The translations under genes were made by a program, and so were the position numbers. Positions 13,676 to 25,763 of a stretch of DNA of 64,000 bases are shown here, one piece after another. Numbering within the stretch: the first letter of the stretch is position 1; each line of letters starts with the position of its first letter. Under the pieces are notes generated by a model, which worked only from the letters and a program-made list of their open reading frames with translations, was not told the origin of the DNA and did no database searches. The stretch spans positions 310,001 to 374,000 of the forward strand of contig NGBS01000001.1 of the NCBI GenBank assembly GCA_002245135.1, written 5' to 3'. This DNA comes from Proteromonas lacertae (lineage: Eukaryota).

Positions 13676-16600
13676 ATGGAGTATAATATTAGAAACAATT
13701 CCATTTCTAAAAACCAGATTTTATCGAAACATCTGGAAGCTGGGAATGTATGCGTTATTAAAGTATGTTTTATATATTTTAGTCAGCTATAATTGAAATA
13801 GGGTAATGACAGTATGTCAAATCATTTTTCTAAAAGTGCTGTATTATTTTTTAAAGACGCTATTTATCATTTTCAAAAAGGACTGAAACACGAAGAAGAA
13901 AAGTCAATTATAAAGTATTATGAAGTGAAATGCAATGAAATAAAAGCAACAATTTTATCAATTCAAAATAACGAAAAGAATAAAAGTGATTCAATAGATT
14001 CAATTCCGCAACACTTTATCAATTGTAGAAATAGAGCGTATGAACTTATGAAAAAAGGAAATTACAATCAAGCATCAATGCTTTTCGGTAATTGTGTAAC
14101 AGCTATTTTAGATGTTATTCCTCATTTACATCAACACTCTGAATTGTATCAAAAGTATGTAGAACTGTTGGAAGACTGTTTAAAAGGGACAACTGACTTT
14201 AAGAGTAAATCACTCTCTATATTAATGTCTTCTTCAATAATTAATAATTTGAAATTTCTACCATTTAATGATAAGAATCCATCATTGATAAAAAATCAAA
14301 CTTCTTCATCATCATCAATTTCTTCTTCATCATCTTCAACAGATTATGAGATTTACTCAGATCCTGATAATCCACCATTAAGTCCAGAACAAATAAAGAG
14401 AGGAGGGAATTATAGAAGACCTTGTCAAATATCAGATGAGCAATGGTATATCAAAAACAAATCTGATGAATTATCCATTGTTCAAGATTGTACAAGTGAT
14501 TGTAGTTTTGTATCTTCCTTGTGTATCTGTTGTTCATATGAAAGAAAATTCAAAAAGTTGTTAGTTACAAATATAATATATCCACAAGATACAAATGGCA
14601 ATCCACTTTATAATCGAACAGGTAAATACACAATAAAACTGTATTACAATGGTTGTGCAAGATGTATAGTGATTGATGATACAATTCCTGTTGATAAAGA
14701 AGGTTCTTTTCTATGTTCTTATACAAAAGAATTGAATGAATTATGGGTACCTTTGATTGAAAAGGCATATATGAAAGTATTCAGTTTTATTTATTGTATT
14801 AGTTGAATGGAGGTTATAATTTTCCAGGAGGTGATAGTTCAATTGATTTGTATTCCTTAACAGGTTGGATTCCTGAGAGAATATTATTACATAAACTAGA
14901 AAATGCAGACGATAGAGATCATTTTTGGGAAATTATCTATAATGGAATGAAGTATATATTATTCTTATGTAATTATTGTTATTAAAATAGTCGAGGAGAT
15001 TGTTTAATAACAGTGTCAACAGGTAATTTAAGTAAAGAAGATGAAGAGAGATTTGGATTAGTTGCTACACATGCATATGCTGTACTTGATCTTAGAGAAG
15101 TATAAATATTATTATTATTGATTTAGGTAAAAGGAGTAAAATTTCTATTACTAAAGAATCCTTGGTCTCATACAAGATGGAAAGGACCTTATTCACCTTA
15201 TGATTTCTTCCATTGGACTGTCGAATTATCAGAAGCTTTAAATACGGATTTATTTGAACAAGCTGTTGATGATAAAGGATTGTTTTGGATCAATTGGGAT
15301 TCTGTTTTAGTGTATTTCCCAGGATTATATATTAATTGGAATCCTGAACTATTTTCCAAACATTTGATAATTCATGATGAATATAAACCTAAAATGCCAA
15401 ATTGTGTAGATAGATACACAATGGGATATAATCCTCAATATATATTAGAATATAAACCAGAAGAATTGAAAGAATCAGAAACTGTGTATATTTTAATATC
15501 CAAACATATGAACAAACGAAGAGATCCTAGTGATCCAAGTAGATTATATTCATTACATGTTTATAATGATACTTTATTAGACAGGATTTATTATCCTGAA
15601 AATGCTGTAGTTTGGTCACCATATGTAGATCATCCACATTTATTAGTTAGATTGAAACTAGATCCAAAGAAAAGTCGATATATATTGGTTGTATCTCAAA
15701 ATGATAAATCTTTTGATATGGATTATACTATTCAAATATATTCACACATTGAAATGTCGTTGAATCAAATTCCTTATCATTTGACTAAGAAGATTGCAGT
15801 GAAAGGTAGATGGACAAAAGAAGAATCAGGAGGAAAGTATATTAATTATTTATAATTGTTGTGTTATAGTCATTTATTATCAACATACAAAAAGAATCCA
15901 AAATATTATATATCTCTAACAAATGAAGATTCTATAAGGTTGTTATTATTCACTAATAATAAGATAAATATCAACTTAAGATTATTTGATATGAATTATA
16001 ATTTCATTGGTAATAGTGGAGAATATAGAGAATGTATATAATAATATTCATATTTTTTTAATATAATCATAAATAGGTTTTTGTAATCTAATAATTTCAT
16101 CATTACCTCCAGGTAAATACATAATTATCTCATCAACTTATCATCCAAAGGAAATTGCAGAATTTGGCTTATACATAGAATCTAATAATGGCGTTGTATT
16201 GGTAAAAAGTGAAGATCTTCTCTTATCAAGTCAAATACTCAGTTCTACAATGTCCCGCTCATTAAGACAACAAACAATACCAAAAGATAGTTTACATTTT
16301 AATAGAACATTACATAGAACATGGCAATGTAAGAGTTATAGTGGTGAATGGAGTATTGAACAAAGGACAGCAGGAGGTAGTGGAGATGATTATTATAGAA
16401 ATCCTCGGTTTATGTTTGATATTGTTGATCCAATTAATCTGCAATGCACTGTGTATTCAAAAATTATACCATTTAAAGTTGTTATGTATTATCTAGATAA
16501 TGATGATATACCTTTATACTTAGATGAATTGAAGATAGTTAGTAGTAAGAACGATGATTTTAAAAGTATGAATAATACTCAATCCATTCCATCTCAAAAT

Positions 16601-16729
16601 TTGGAAAATGGTAGATATTTTATTGTTGCAGCTACAAAGGAATCAACAGATGGTCAATTTTTTCTGGATATTAGTTCAAGTGAAATAATGGATGTTCAAT
16701 GTGTGACATTAGAAGCTGATATGTATTAA
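13676..16729 (+). CDS. Calpain-7/PalB-like cysteine protease
   Basis: IVQDCTSDCSFVSSL (catalytic Cys), HAYAVL (His), LKNPW (Asn), WVPLIEKAYMK, C2-like domains (YNPQY, YRNPRF); six GT-AG introns. Confidence 0.85.
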
Positions 16730-16799
16730 TATGATAATAATATGTTTCTCGTAATGTTTAATCTCGTAGTTGTGTTTTATTAATGGTTAAAAATGGAGA

Positions 16800-17000
16800 A
16801 ATAAAAAAATAAAACGGCTCTATATTTTAAAACAAAATGTTTTTCATAAATTCTCATGTAAATATGTAGATAATTTTGTTGATTTATCATTAAATCTATA
16901 TCGTATCTTAATTGCATATTATTTGAATAAATATCGGGATGAGTAAAAAAGGATTAAAAGTATTAATAGAAAAATTAAAAGATTATTGTCTATTAGTGTA
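16800..17000 (+). pseudogene. Relic fragment of the pseudokinase-LRR family
   Basis: ATGAGTAAAAAAGGATTAAAAGTATTAATAGAAAAATTAAAAGATTAT matches the family last exon (MSEKGLKILIETLKGY); the acceptor is mutated to TTGAATAA. Confidence 0.6.
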
Positions 17001-17129
17001 ATCAGTTAATATATATTGTTCTATTAATGTATTTTATATTAATAGTTTTACGAATTTTGTTGATTTCATTGCGTTTTTATGAGTAACAGAAACTTCATAA
17101 CGGATATATTATTATAAAAAGTATTTTGA

Positions 17130-20100
17130 ATGAATTTTATAGATAATGTATTATCTTCAATATTTCCACCTGATACTCAAGTATTTTTAATAGTCTTACT
17201 TTTATAGATAAATGAGAAAGTTGAAAAAAGTAGTACAGAAATAGATGTAATTATTCAGAATCCAGAGGTTTATAGATTATTAAAAATATTGAATATTGAT
17301 GGAATAAAGGGGAAAACAATTTTAAAATTCCTAGAAACTTACTCATCGTTGTTTCAATATCATTTATCGTTCCTCTGTCAATATAAAGTGTTTCAGATGA
17401 ATAATTATCATCAATATATGATAATATCAAGAAATTATTATGATAAAGATTTAGAAGAGGTGATTCACACTAAATCTTTTTTAAGTAGTGATGTATGTAG
17501 AGTTATAATGTTCAATATGTAATAAGTTGATGATATTAAGTGAATATAATATAATAGATGACAAATTTAAAGAGTTCTAATGTAGTATATGAAGATGATT
17601 ATAGTATAAAGTTATGTGATTTAAATCTTAATACATTAAGAAAAGAAGAAGTGAGTTTATATGACATATGCTTCAAAAGCCCAGAAGAGTTGAGTGGACT
17701 TGAGTGTAATGAAAGAAGTGTGATTTGGTCAATTGGTTGTATTTTATATGAAATGATTTGTAAGAAATTACCATTCAATGAAGATGATAGTATATACAAA
17801 ACTATGAATAATATTTTGGGGTGTAAATACTGTTTAGATATTGATGATTCAATGAAAGATGTGATAAATAGAATGCTAAAAGTGAAGAATGAAGATAGAA
17901 TGAGTTTAAAAGAGTTGAGAAAAGAGATGATAAAAATGAGTGAAGTATTAAAAGATCAAGGTAATTATTTAATGATATCTAATGAAAGGAAAGAAATAAT
18001 TTTGACTAATGATTATACAAATTTTGCAATTCCAATACAAACACCACCTGCATTTTATTACAATATCGATTTGTATGAAAGTATAATAATTGTATAATGA
18101 ATAATTCTAATAGATATTCAATCAAAATTAATAAAATTATACAACAGTAAATATGATGAGAGAATCCTGTCAATATTATTGGGTTTGTACCAAAAAGATA
18201 AAAAAATAAAAAATAAATTGAAGTTTAAATTCCTTCACAAATGCAAAGAAGGAAGAGAATGTTATTTAGATGAAATGGTGTTTAATATATTTACTGATTG
18301 CGATTATATATACACATTGGATATTGCTTCATCATGTATGTGTGCATGTGAAGAAGGAATAAAATACTTTTTTGGAATAATGAAGTTACTAAATATAACA
18401 ACAATTCCATCTAGTATAGTTTCCATTTGTTATTTATATAGATAGTTTAGATCATGTTATTTTTCCATTGCAACTTCAGCCATTATTCGCATCATCTATC
18501 TCTCAATTATCTAATCTGCAACAATTAGATTTGTCAGATAAAAATTTAACTTTTCATTTCATTGAATCATTTATTAAATCTATTCCATTAATGAAATTAG
18601 AATATGTAAATTTTCAAAGTATAAATATACTTCTGTATATATTATTATTAAATAGATAATCGAATTGGTTCAAAAGGTTTCAAATTGTTACTTCCACATT
18701 TAGATTTATTAATCAACAAAGAAAATGAATTGAACCTTGAAAGAATGAACTTAAATGATGAATCAATTATATTATTATCAGAACAATTATATAAATATCC
18801 AACTCTTAAGAGAATAGATATTTGGGGAAACTGTAATATTCATTCAAAAGGATTAAAAACCATATTTTCCAAATTTCCTATTTCAAAATTGTCATTTGAA
18901 CTTAATAAAAATACAGCATTATTGATTGATAAAGACATTCCAGAATTAGTGAAATACATTAAAGACGAAAATGATTATGAAGATAGTAATAATAGTGATA
19001 TTGTAAATAACCTGAAGAAATTAGAAATTGATGATATTTTTTTCAAATCATTGATTTCATTAAGATATAATGAGTTTAAAGAAATAGGCAGATTAGATAT
19101 CAGTGGTATAATTTGATATTTGTTTATAATTTAGATAATAAATTAACATATAGTAGTATAGAAATACTGATAAACAATTTATCTTCATTTTCAAATCTTA
19201 ATTACATTCGATTAAATGGAAATGAAATAGGAGATGAAGGAATGCAAATATTATCTCCACATGTTAGTTTATTAAAAGACGTATGTGATGTTATGGATTG
19301 TTCTAGTATATATATTGTTATGTTACATTTAATAGAAATGGGATTATCTTCATTAGGATTAAAGTACTTATTAGATGGCTTAAATAGTATTAATGGAGAG
19401 ATTCGCTTGCTTAATGTAAGTGATAATCATATTGATTCAAATGGAATTGCATATTTGATGAAATATATAAAAAAGAAGAAAAATATAGAGACTTTCTTCA
19501 TTCACTGTATGTTTTATATTTATTAAGTATTTTGTATAAATGTTAATAGATAATCAAATATGTAATACTGGATTTAAACTGATAGAAACAAAATTGAAAA
19601 TGTTGATTAATAGAAATATTTACGAAATAAATTTAAATAATACATCAATAGATGATGAAAGTGTAGTATTATTATCAAACAGGATTAAATCAATTGGAAA
19701 ATGTGAAAGAATTATTATAAAAGGGAATAATATTAGAATGAATGGATTAAAATCAATATGTTCAAAATCACTAGAGAAATGCACATATCCATTTATGCAG
19801 TTAAAATGTTCTTCATGGTCAAATGAAGAATTGGAGTATTACCTTGATTATTGCATTAAGAAAGAAAGAAGAGATTATTGCGGATATGATTTTTCTAGTA
19901 TAGAATCGGATAATCTTATGAAATAGATATGAATATCAGTGATTCTCACATTTCATTAATAAAACATATTGATTATAGAGAACTTGACTTATCCAATAAC
20001 AAGATTAGTTTTAAAGGATTTAAAGAATTGATGGATTCTTTACCAAACAATAACTATATTACTATTAAAGTTAATAACAATGAAATAGGGGATGATGGAA

Positions 20101-20508
20101 TAGAGATTATATGTAAATGTTTAGAAAAATTTGTTGAAAAAGATTGGAAGAATTATCCATCATTAAATCTTTTAAGTATTTTATGATAATTTTTTTATTT
20201 GAATAGATATAGGAATGAGTGAAAAAGGGCTGAAAATATTAATAGAAACATTAAAGGGTTATGAACCATTAAAAGTATTGAATCTTTCAGGAAATGAATT
20301 AGATGAAGGAGAATTAAGAATGATGATAGATAGTAAGGTAATATTTGATAGTTTACAAGAATTATCGATTACATTAAAAGAGAAAATTGATTTAAAAGAA
20401 TTAAAGACTTTTTTAGAGACTTTTTCATCAGTTGGAAGAATCAAATTGAATGGAATAATAGAAGAAGAAAAGAAAGCAATAACTAAAATATGCAATAATG
20501 TAGAATAG
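17130..20508 (+). CDS. Pseudokinase + LRR protein, copy B (full length; two frame breaks near 17507 and 17557)
   Basis: Kinase-like NLKSSNV, KLCDL, FKSPEE, IWSIGCILYEM followed by RI-like LRRs; about nine GT-AG introns. Confidence 0.75.
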
Positions 20509-20850
20509 TTAATTGATAATTCTTGATGTTTATAGTATTGAATATGAAGAGTTAATTAATTTTTACTACAATTAATTATTTACTCATAATTATCATATCA
20601 TACAGATATTTATTAGTATATAATATGTCAGCTTAACATTTAAAATGCCTGATAAGAGTTATAATAAAAATATTTCTCTAAGTTACTTAAAAACAATTAA
20701 AAATTGGTAAAATTTATGCATGACAATAATAGATACCAAGAGAATATTTATTATTTATAGAAAATATGCTGTGATAATTGTTTCATTGAAAAAACGAAAA
20801 TAACATAGTCAAGCCAAATATAATTTTGATTTATATTTTGGTTTATAACT

Positions 20851-21985
20851 CATGAAAAATGAGACTTGCGAGAATCCTGATTCTCTAATCTCTACCAAGT
20901 CTCTTGTATAAATACATATATTATATATATAGAGTCAAGCTTTAAACTTACACACCAAATACTCAATAGGATATAGTATTCAGGAGTTTTTACCCTTGAA
21001 CTGTATGTCAATGCTGGCTTCTCAAACTCTGTTCTGTATATTAGTTATTGTGATCAATAGATCAAGAATCTGATGTTAATTATATCTTAGGTACTTATTT
21101 GGAGTTATGGAAGTATGAACAATCCATAAATCGAATCACATGCCACAAATTAACTATTCATTTCCCTGATGAATTTGCAGATTTGATACGAGCCTTCTTT
21201 AATGACAGTATACTATTTATAATTCTTACTTTATGCACATAGAAGATATATATTACAACGAATATTTCATATTTATTAGTATATTTGGTTTTTTTGAGTT
21301 TAATCATTTATTACCTCTGTTATTCACAATATCCAAAATATATAGTAATGTATATATAGATGAAGATCAATTATCAACATTTTTTCAGATATTTAGAATA
21401 TCTAAAGGTACCTATAACTTATTTAAAGAGTTTATAAAAAATAATGAATGTAAATATGATAAAACAATTAGTGATAAATACCACTTAAAAGATGCAATTA
21501 GTTTTTTCCAAACTTCAACAGAACTGATAAGAATTATAAATAATTTAAAATTCTTCATAACTACACACATATTTCCACTTAATAGAGCAGAAAGAATCAT
21601 ACTTCGACATAAGTTTTATTATAAACATCCTGGTGCAACATTACCACCTGAAAAGTGTTTGAATAAATGGATAAGAGTAATGTTTACCCAAGATCCTCAT
21701 CCGTATAGTTATAATTATGGATTTGATGATCCAAGTGAAAAGCGAATTGATGAATTTGTACATTTATTAAAGACTGAACGTACTTGTGTTCCTGGTATAA
21801 GAAGAGTGAGTAGTAGACCGCTTTCATCTCATTCAAGAATATTAACAAATGGAATTGCAACTCCATCTCATGTTTCTCGTGCTAGTTATTCACTAATGTA
21901 TGTGAATAAATCAAGATATAACAGAAACAGTGTATCTTCTAAAGTATTATTGGATAAGAATGATATTAAATTTGAGAATAATTAA
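20851..21985 (+). CDS. Uncharacterised protein (5' exons uncertain)
   Basis: 250-aa ORF 21233-21985 preceded by short exons and GT-AG introns. Confidence 0.5.
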
Positions 21986-22132
21986 TTATTTAATCATACA
22001 CATTAGGTTTTTAATTTTATTACTGTTTATTATTTTTTATAAAGTAAAAAAAATATATATATAAATAAAAAGAAAAGATAATATAAAAACTCTTACTACC
22101 TATATGCAGTTATAACACATACACATCTATAT

Positions 22133-23716
22133 CTATTTTTTATTAAATATTGAATTGAATATTATTCTCATAAGATTTAATGGAACTACAATATCATATT
22201 CTTCACTCACAATTTCACATGGCAATGCATAATAATTATGACCTAACAATTGAGCATAAATGTAATTCGTAAAATGTGCAGGTTTCTTATAAAACGTATC
22301 TTCATTCGACATAAATTCAATCACATGAGTTCCTTGTGTAGCAAATCCCATATAATACAATGAAGGTCCATGAGGTCCAATAATCATAAAAACATTCGAC
22401 CAAAACAACAACATTTCACTTAGAGATTCAAAGTATATTTTATCATATAAATATAATGTGTAATTTTGTTTATTCATTGTTTTATTCAGGAAATGAATAA
22501 ATATTTCTTCATTTAAAACATGTCTTCCACCTTTAAAATTACCTACATTTCTTGACATATACACAATTATATATTTATCTCTACTTTTATATTGACTATT
22601 TAAATAAGGCAATTTTAGTAGTGTTTGCATTCTTTGATATAAATATGGATGGAGAGGAGGTGTTTTGCAAGATAATATCAGTGTTTCTGCTCTTATATTA
22701 ATCTGTGTAGCAAAAATCAGCCTTTCAGTGGATATTCCAATTCTGTTATATAACTCCATTATAATTGGCGTATTTGCATCTTTCTGATTTATATCAATAT
22801 AAAAATATATAGAAGGATCTGCAATATATGACTCTAACTGAACTAACTTTGGTATTATTCTGTCTAGGAAATGATGAAATGTTCTTCCTTCAGGTACAAC
22901 TATATATACCACTTTACCTTTAATATATAATGCAGTTGGATGTTCTGGTTCACCTTCTTTTGGTAATAAATGTTTTAAATGATTCAAATTACCTTCTCTT
23001 CCACATATAAAATCATCTGCTACTTCACCATCTTCAATCACATCTATTTTCCCATTTGTGTATAATTTGGTGTTATATATCTGAAGATTAGTGTAGTTAT
23101 CACAGTCTATTACCAAACATGGGTTGGTATGATAATGTGTCATGTATAATTGTGGATATAAACATACATTATCTGGACATAATGCTTTATTCTTCACTCT
23201 TGTCTTGAAAAATGACGAACTAATCATACTAATTGGTGTATTTAGTGGTCCTGCCAGTATGAACGGTGGATAATAGAATCTAAGTCTGAATAAATACTTT
23301 GGATCTTCTGGCAAACCATCTAAAATAATGGATGGATATATTTTTTGAACAACTGAATAATACTCAGTTCTGGTTGGTCTGAACATCAATTTGATTAGTT
23401 CATGTGAATCACGTGGAGTTGGTGGTGGTGTTCCAGTGTCTATCTCTAGGTGATGTTCGGGAATTAAATCTCTAACATGGTTTCCTTTAAAACTCTTCTT
23501 TTCTTCGATATTATTGTCATGTTTTATTTCTAGATTATATGCTGTTGGTTTTCTGTATATGCCGTTCTTTAGAATTTGTTCTATAGCGACTGATTTTGGC
23601 AGCAGTGGTATATAAGACATCCTTGCGATCCTTTCATTTAAAAAATTAATAATCATCATTTCCATAATGCATACAATAGCCAATATAGTTAAAAAATTTG
23701 TTATGTTCAAAATCAT
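22133..23716 (-). CDS. Glycosyltransferase family 61 (DUF563)-like type II membrane protein
   Basis: Intronless 527-aa ORF; N-terminal TM; FHHFLD, YMSR..RHVLNE, IIGPHGPSL, VIEF. Confidence 0.75.
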   Translation of the reverse strand: MILNITNFLTILAIVCIMEMMIINFLNERIARMSYIPLLPKSVAIEQILKNGIYRKPTAYNLEIKHDNNIEEKKSFKGNHVRDLIPEHHLEIDTGTPPPTPRDSHELIKLMFRPTRTEYYSVVQKIYPSIILDGLPEDPKYLFRLRFYYPPFILAGPLNTPISMISSSFFKTRVKNKALCPDNVCLYPQLYMTHYHTNPCLVIDCDNYTNLQIYNTKLYTNGKIDVIEDGEVADDFICGREGNLNHLKHLLPKEGEPEHPTALYIKGKVVYIVVPEGRTFHHFLDRIIPKLVQLESYIADPSIYFYIDINQKDANTPIIMELYNRIGISTERLIFATQINIRAETLILSCKTPPLHPYLYQRMQTLLKLPYLNSQYKSRDKYIIVYMSRNVGNFKGGRHVLNEEIFIHFLNKTMNKQNYTLYLYDKIYFESLSEMLLFWSNVFMIIGPHGPSLYYMGFATQGTHVIEFMSNEDTFYKKPAHFTNYIYAQLLGHNYYALPCEIVSEEYDIVVPLNLMRIIFNSIFNKK

Positions 23717-24034
23717 GAAAATAACAACTGCAAAAATATATGTTTGTATAAATATCCTTTAATATACTTTTTAAGGTAAAATGGTTAACTATAATTCACA
23801 AAATCGAAGATAATAATCAACATAAACTTGACTATTATCAAGCTCTTGTGTTTTTAAAATCTCATCCTAGGTGTACATCCTTCATTGTGTTTACATATAA
23901 TATAAAAAATCGTCCATGAAGTTTTTATTCACCCATTTTATGTATATAGAATGTATATATTCTGAATAGCGTAACAATTATTTTACACTAGATAGACAAC
24001 ATCGCAAATAGTGAATTTATAAATCATTGGCTTA

Positions 24035-25513
24035 TTATTTACTACGAACTAAAAGACTAATTAAGATTTCCATTCGTTCTGTATTAACATCGATATTCAA
24101 ATTTGATCCTTCTGCCTTACAAGGTAAAGAATAATAAGACAATCCGAGCAATGATGCAGTTTTTAATATCCTAAAATTATCTTCATTACCAGAAAAGCTA
24201 TCAGATGCTGGAAATAATTCTACAACAGCGACATTTCTTCTCGCAAACATCATATTATAGAAAGCATCACCAGATGGACCAACCATAATCAATACTTTAT
24301 CCCACATTGATATAACTCTGTCAGCATTATTATATTTAATATTATCATAAATGATCAATCTCATAGAATTTGATTTAGCTATTCTTCGAAGTGTTGATAT
24401 AACATCTCTTTCATTATTTACTTGTCTACCATCATTATTGTCACCTCTATTTCTAGATAAATACATAATAATATTCTGATTTTCACTTTCTACATCATTA
24501 TCAGTAGTAAATGGAATATTCATCATATATTGAGCTCTTTGTAAAGATAAAGGATTATATTTTGGACTATTACATGGTAAGATCAATATATCAGCTGTTA
24601 TTCGAATATTTTCATTATTTGGTATAGCTCTAATTATTCTTCGTGATGTAATACCTACTCGTCTCAACAGTTGTTTGATGATATAATTCTTGGGAGCTAA
24701 ATCAATATAAAATTTAATATCTTTATCTGATAAAAAAGATTCAACTTGAACTATCTTTGGTAATAAATTCAATACAAATCCTTCTAGTGAATTACTATTT
24801 TCTACTAATAAATAAACAACAGTTCCATCATATCTTTTAGATTTCATTGATGAAGATTTATCTCTTAAGTAATTCTTAGCATTGTCATTATTGTCATTGT
24901 TATTATTACTGCCACAGATGAAATTTGGAGGTAATAATCCATTCTTTATTACATCTACTTTACCTTTAGTGTATTTATCTTCATAATATACTTGAAAATA
25001 AGTTTCATCACTGCAATTCATTTTGTTATTGCTACATGGTGATACACTATAATGAGTGAAATAACTGTGAGGATTTCTACAAATATGTTCATTACAATTG
25101 ACTTTATTACTTAGACTTCCTTCATAACCACTACTGCGAAGGATATATGGAGGTAAATTAAAAGGAGGAGGGATAGAAAAAGGATTATAAATGAAAGTAA
25201 GTTGTTCAGTATAACTATCTGGTAGTGAATCTGTTATTTTACTATACGACAAAGGTAAATAAGGCTTTATTCTAGGGATGATGACAGGTATTTGATCATT
25301 ATAAAGTAGCTTTTGATTTGATGAGCGTATATTGTTGGATTGTTCACTTTTATCGTATTTCTGCTGAGAAATATCCATCAATTTCCACGAATTGTGTACT
25401 ATCTTGTCTGTTGCTATATTTGAGGATAGAAGTTTGAGTGTAGATATGAACTTGATCTGTACAAAGGCAAAGAAAAATAGGAAAGCCACAGCAAACACTG
25501 CTTTCACCTTCAT
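24035..25513 (-). CDS. GT61-like paralog (tandem)
   Basis: Intronless 492-aa ORF colinear with its neighbour (YTKGKVDVI, YLSRNRG..RQVNNE, VGPSGDAFYN, VVELFP). Confidence 0.7.
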   Translation of the reverse strand: MKVKAVFAVAFLFFFAFVQIKFISTLKLLSSNIATDKIVHNSWKLMDISQQKYDKSEQSNNIRSSNQKLLYNDQIPVIIPRIKPYLPLSYSKITDSLPDSYTEQLTFIYNPFSIPPPFNLPPYILRSSGYEGSLSNKVNCNEHICRNPHSYFTHYSVSPCSNNKMNCSDETYFQVYYEDKYTKGKVDVIKNGLLPPNFICGSNNNNDNNDNAKNYLRDKSSSMKSKRYDGTVVYLLVENSNSLEGFVLNLLPKIVQVESFLSDKDIKFYIDLAPKNYIIKQLLRRVGITSRRIIRAIPNNENIRITADILILPCNSPKYNPLSLQRAQYMMNIPFTTDNDVESENQNIIMYLSRNRGDNNDGRQVNNERDVISTLRRIAKSNSMRLIIYDNIKYNNADRVISMWDKVLIMVGPSGDAFYNMMFARRNVAVVELFPASDSFSGNEDNFRILKTASLLGLSYYSLPCKAEGSNLNIDVNTERMEILISLLVRSK

Positions 25514-25763
25514 TATTTAATTTATCTCAAACCAAGCTTTTTATATTTCAACGTTCATATCATTCTTCTAAGGATTTCTTGTTTATCATTATAAATATAA
25601 AGTTGGTAATTTGTCTATAGTGTACATATTTACAAAATGTAATTGTGTGTAACATCGTTTTATTAGTTTCTTTGGATTTTTGCTCATTATTTTAACAGAT
25701 ACATTTATAAAAAGTAAAACCTAAAACAAAAACAATAATAACAACACAATAATAATATCCACT

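Noticed and set aside
13748..13806. Apparent GGG-TAA frameshift at the calpain 5' end
   Set aside because: A 39-nt GT-AG intron (13763-13801) restores the frame.
17493..17557. 65-nt GT-AG intron rescuing the two breaks in copy B
   Set aside because: It is in frame, but the segment aligns with coding sequence of copy C; it cannot be supported without RNA data.
20510..20850. ncRNA, snRNA or tRNA in the longer intergenic gaps (also 37200-37610, 46330-46580)
   Set aside because: No recognisable structure or box motifs by eye; an Rfam scan would be needed.
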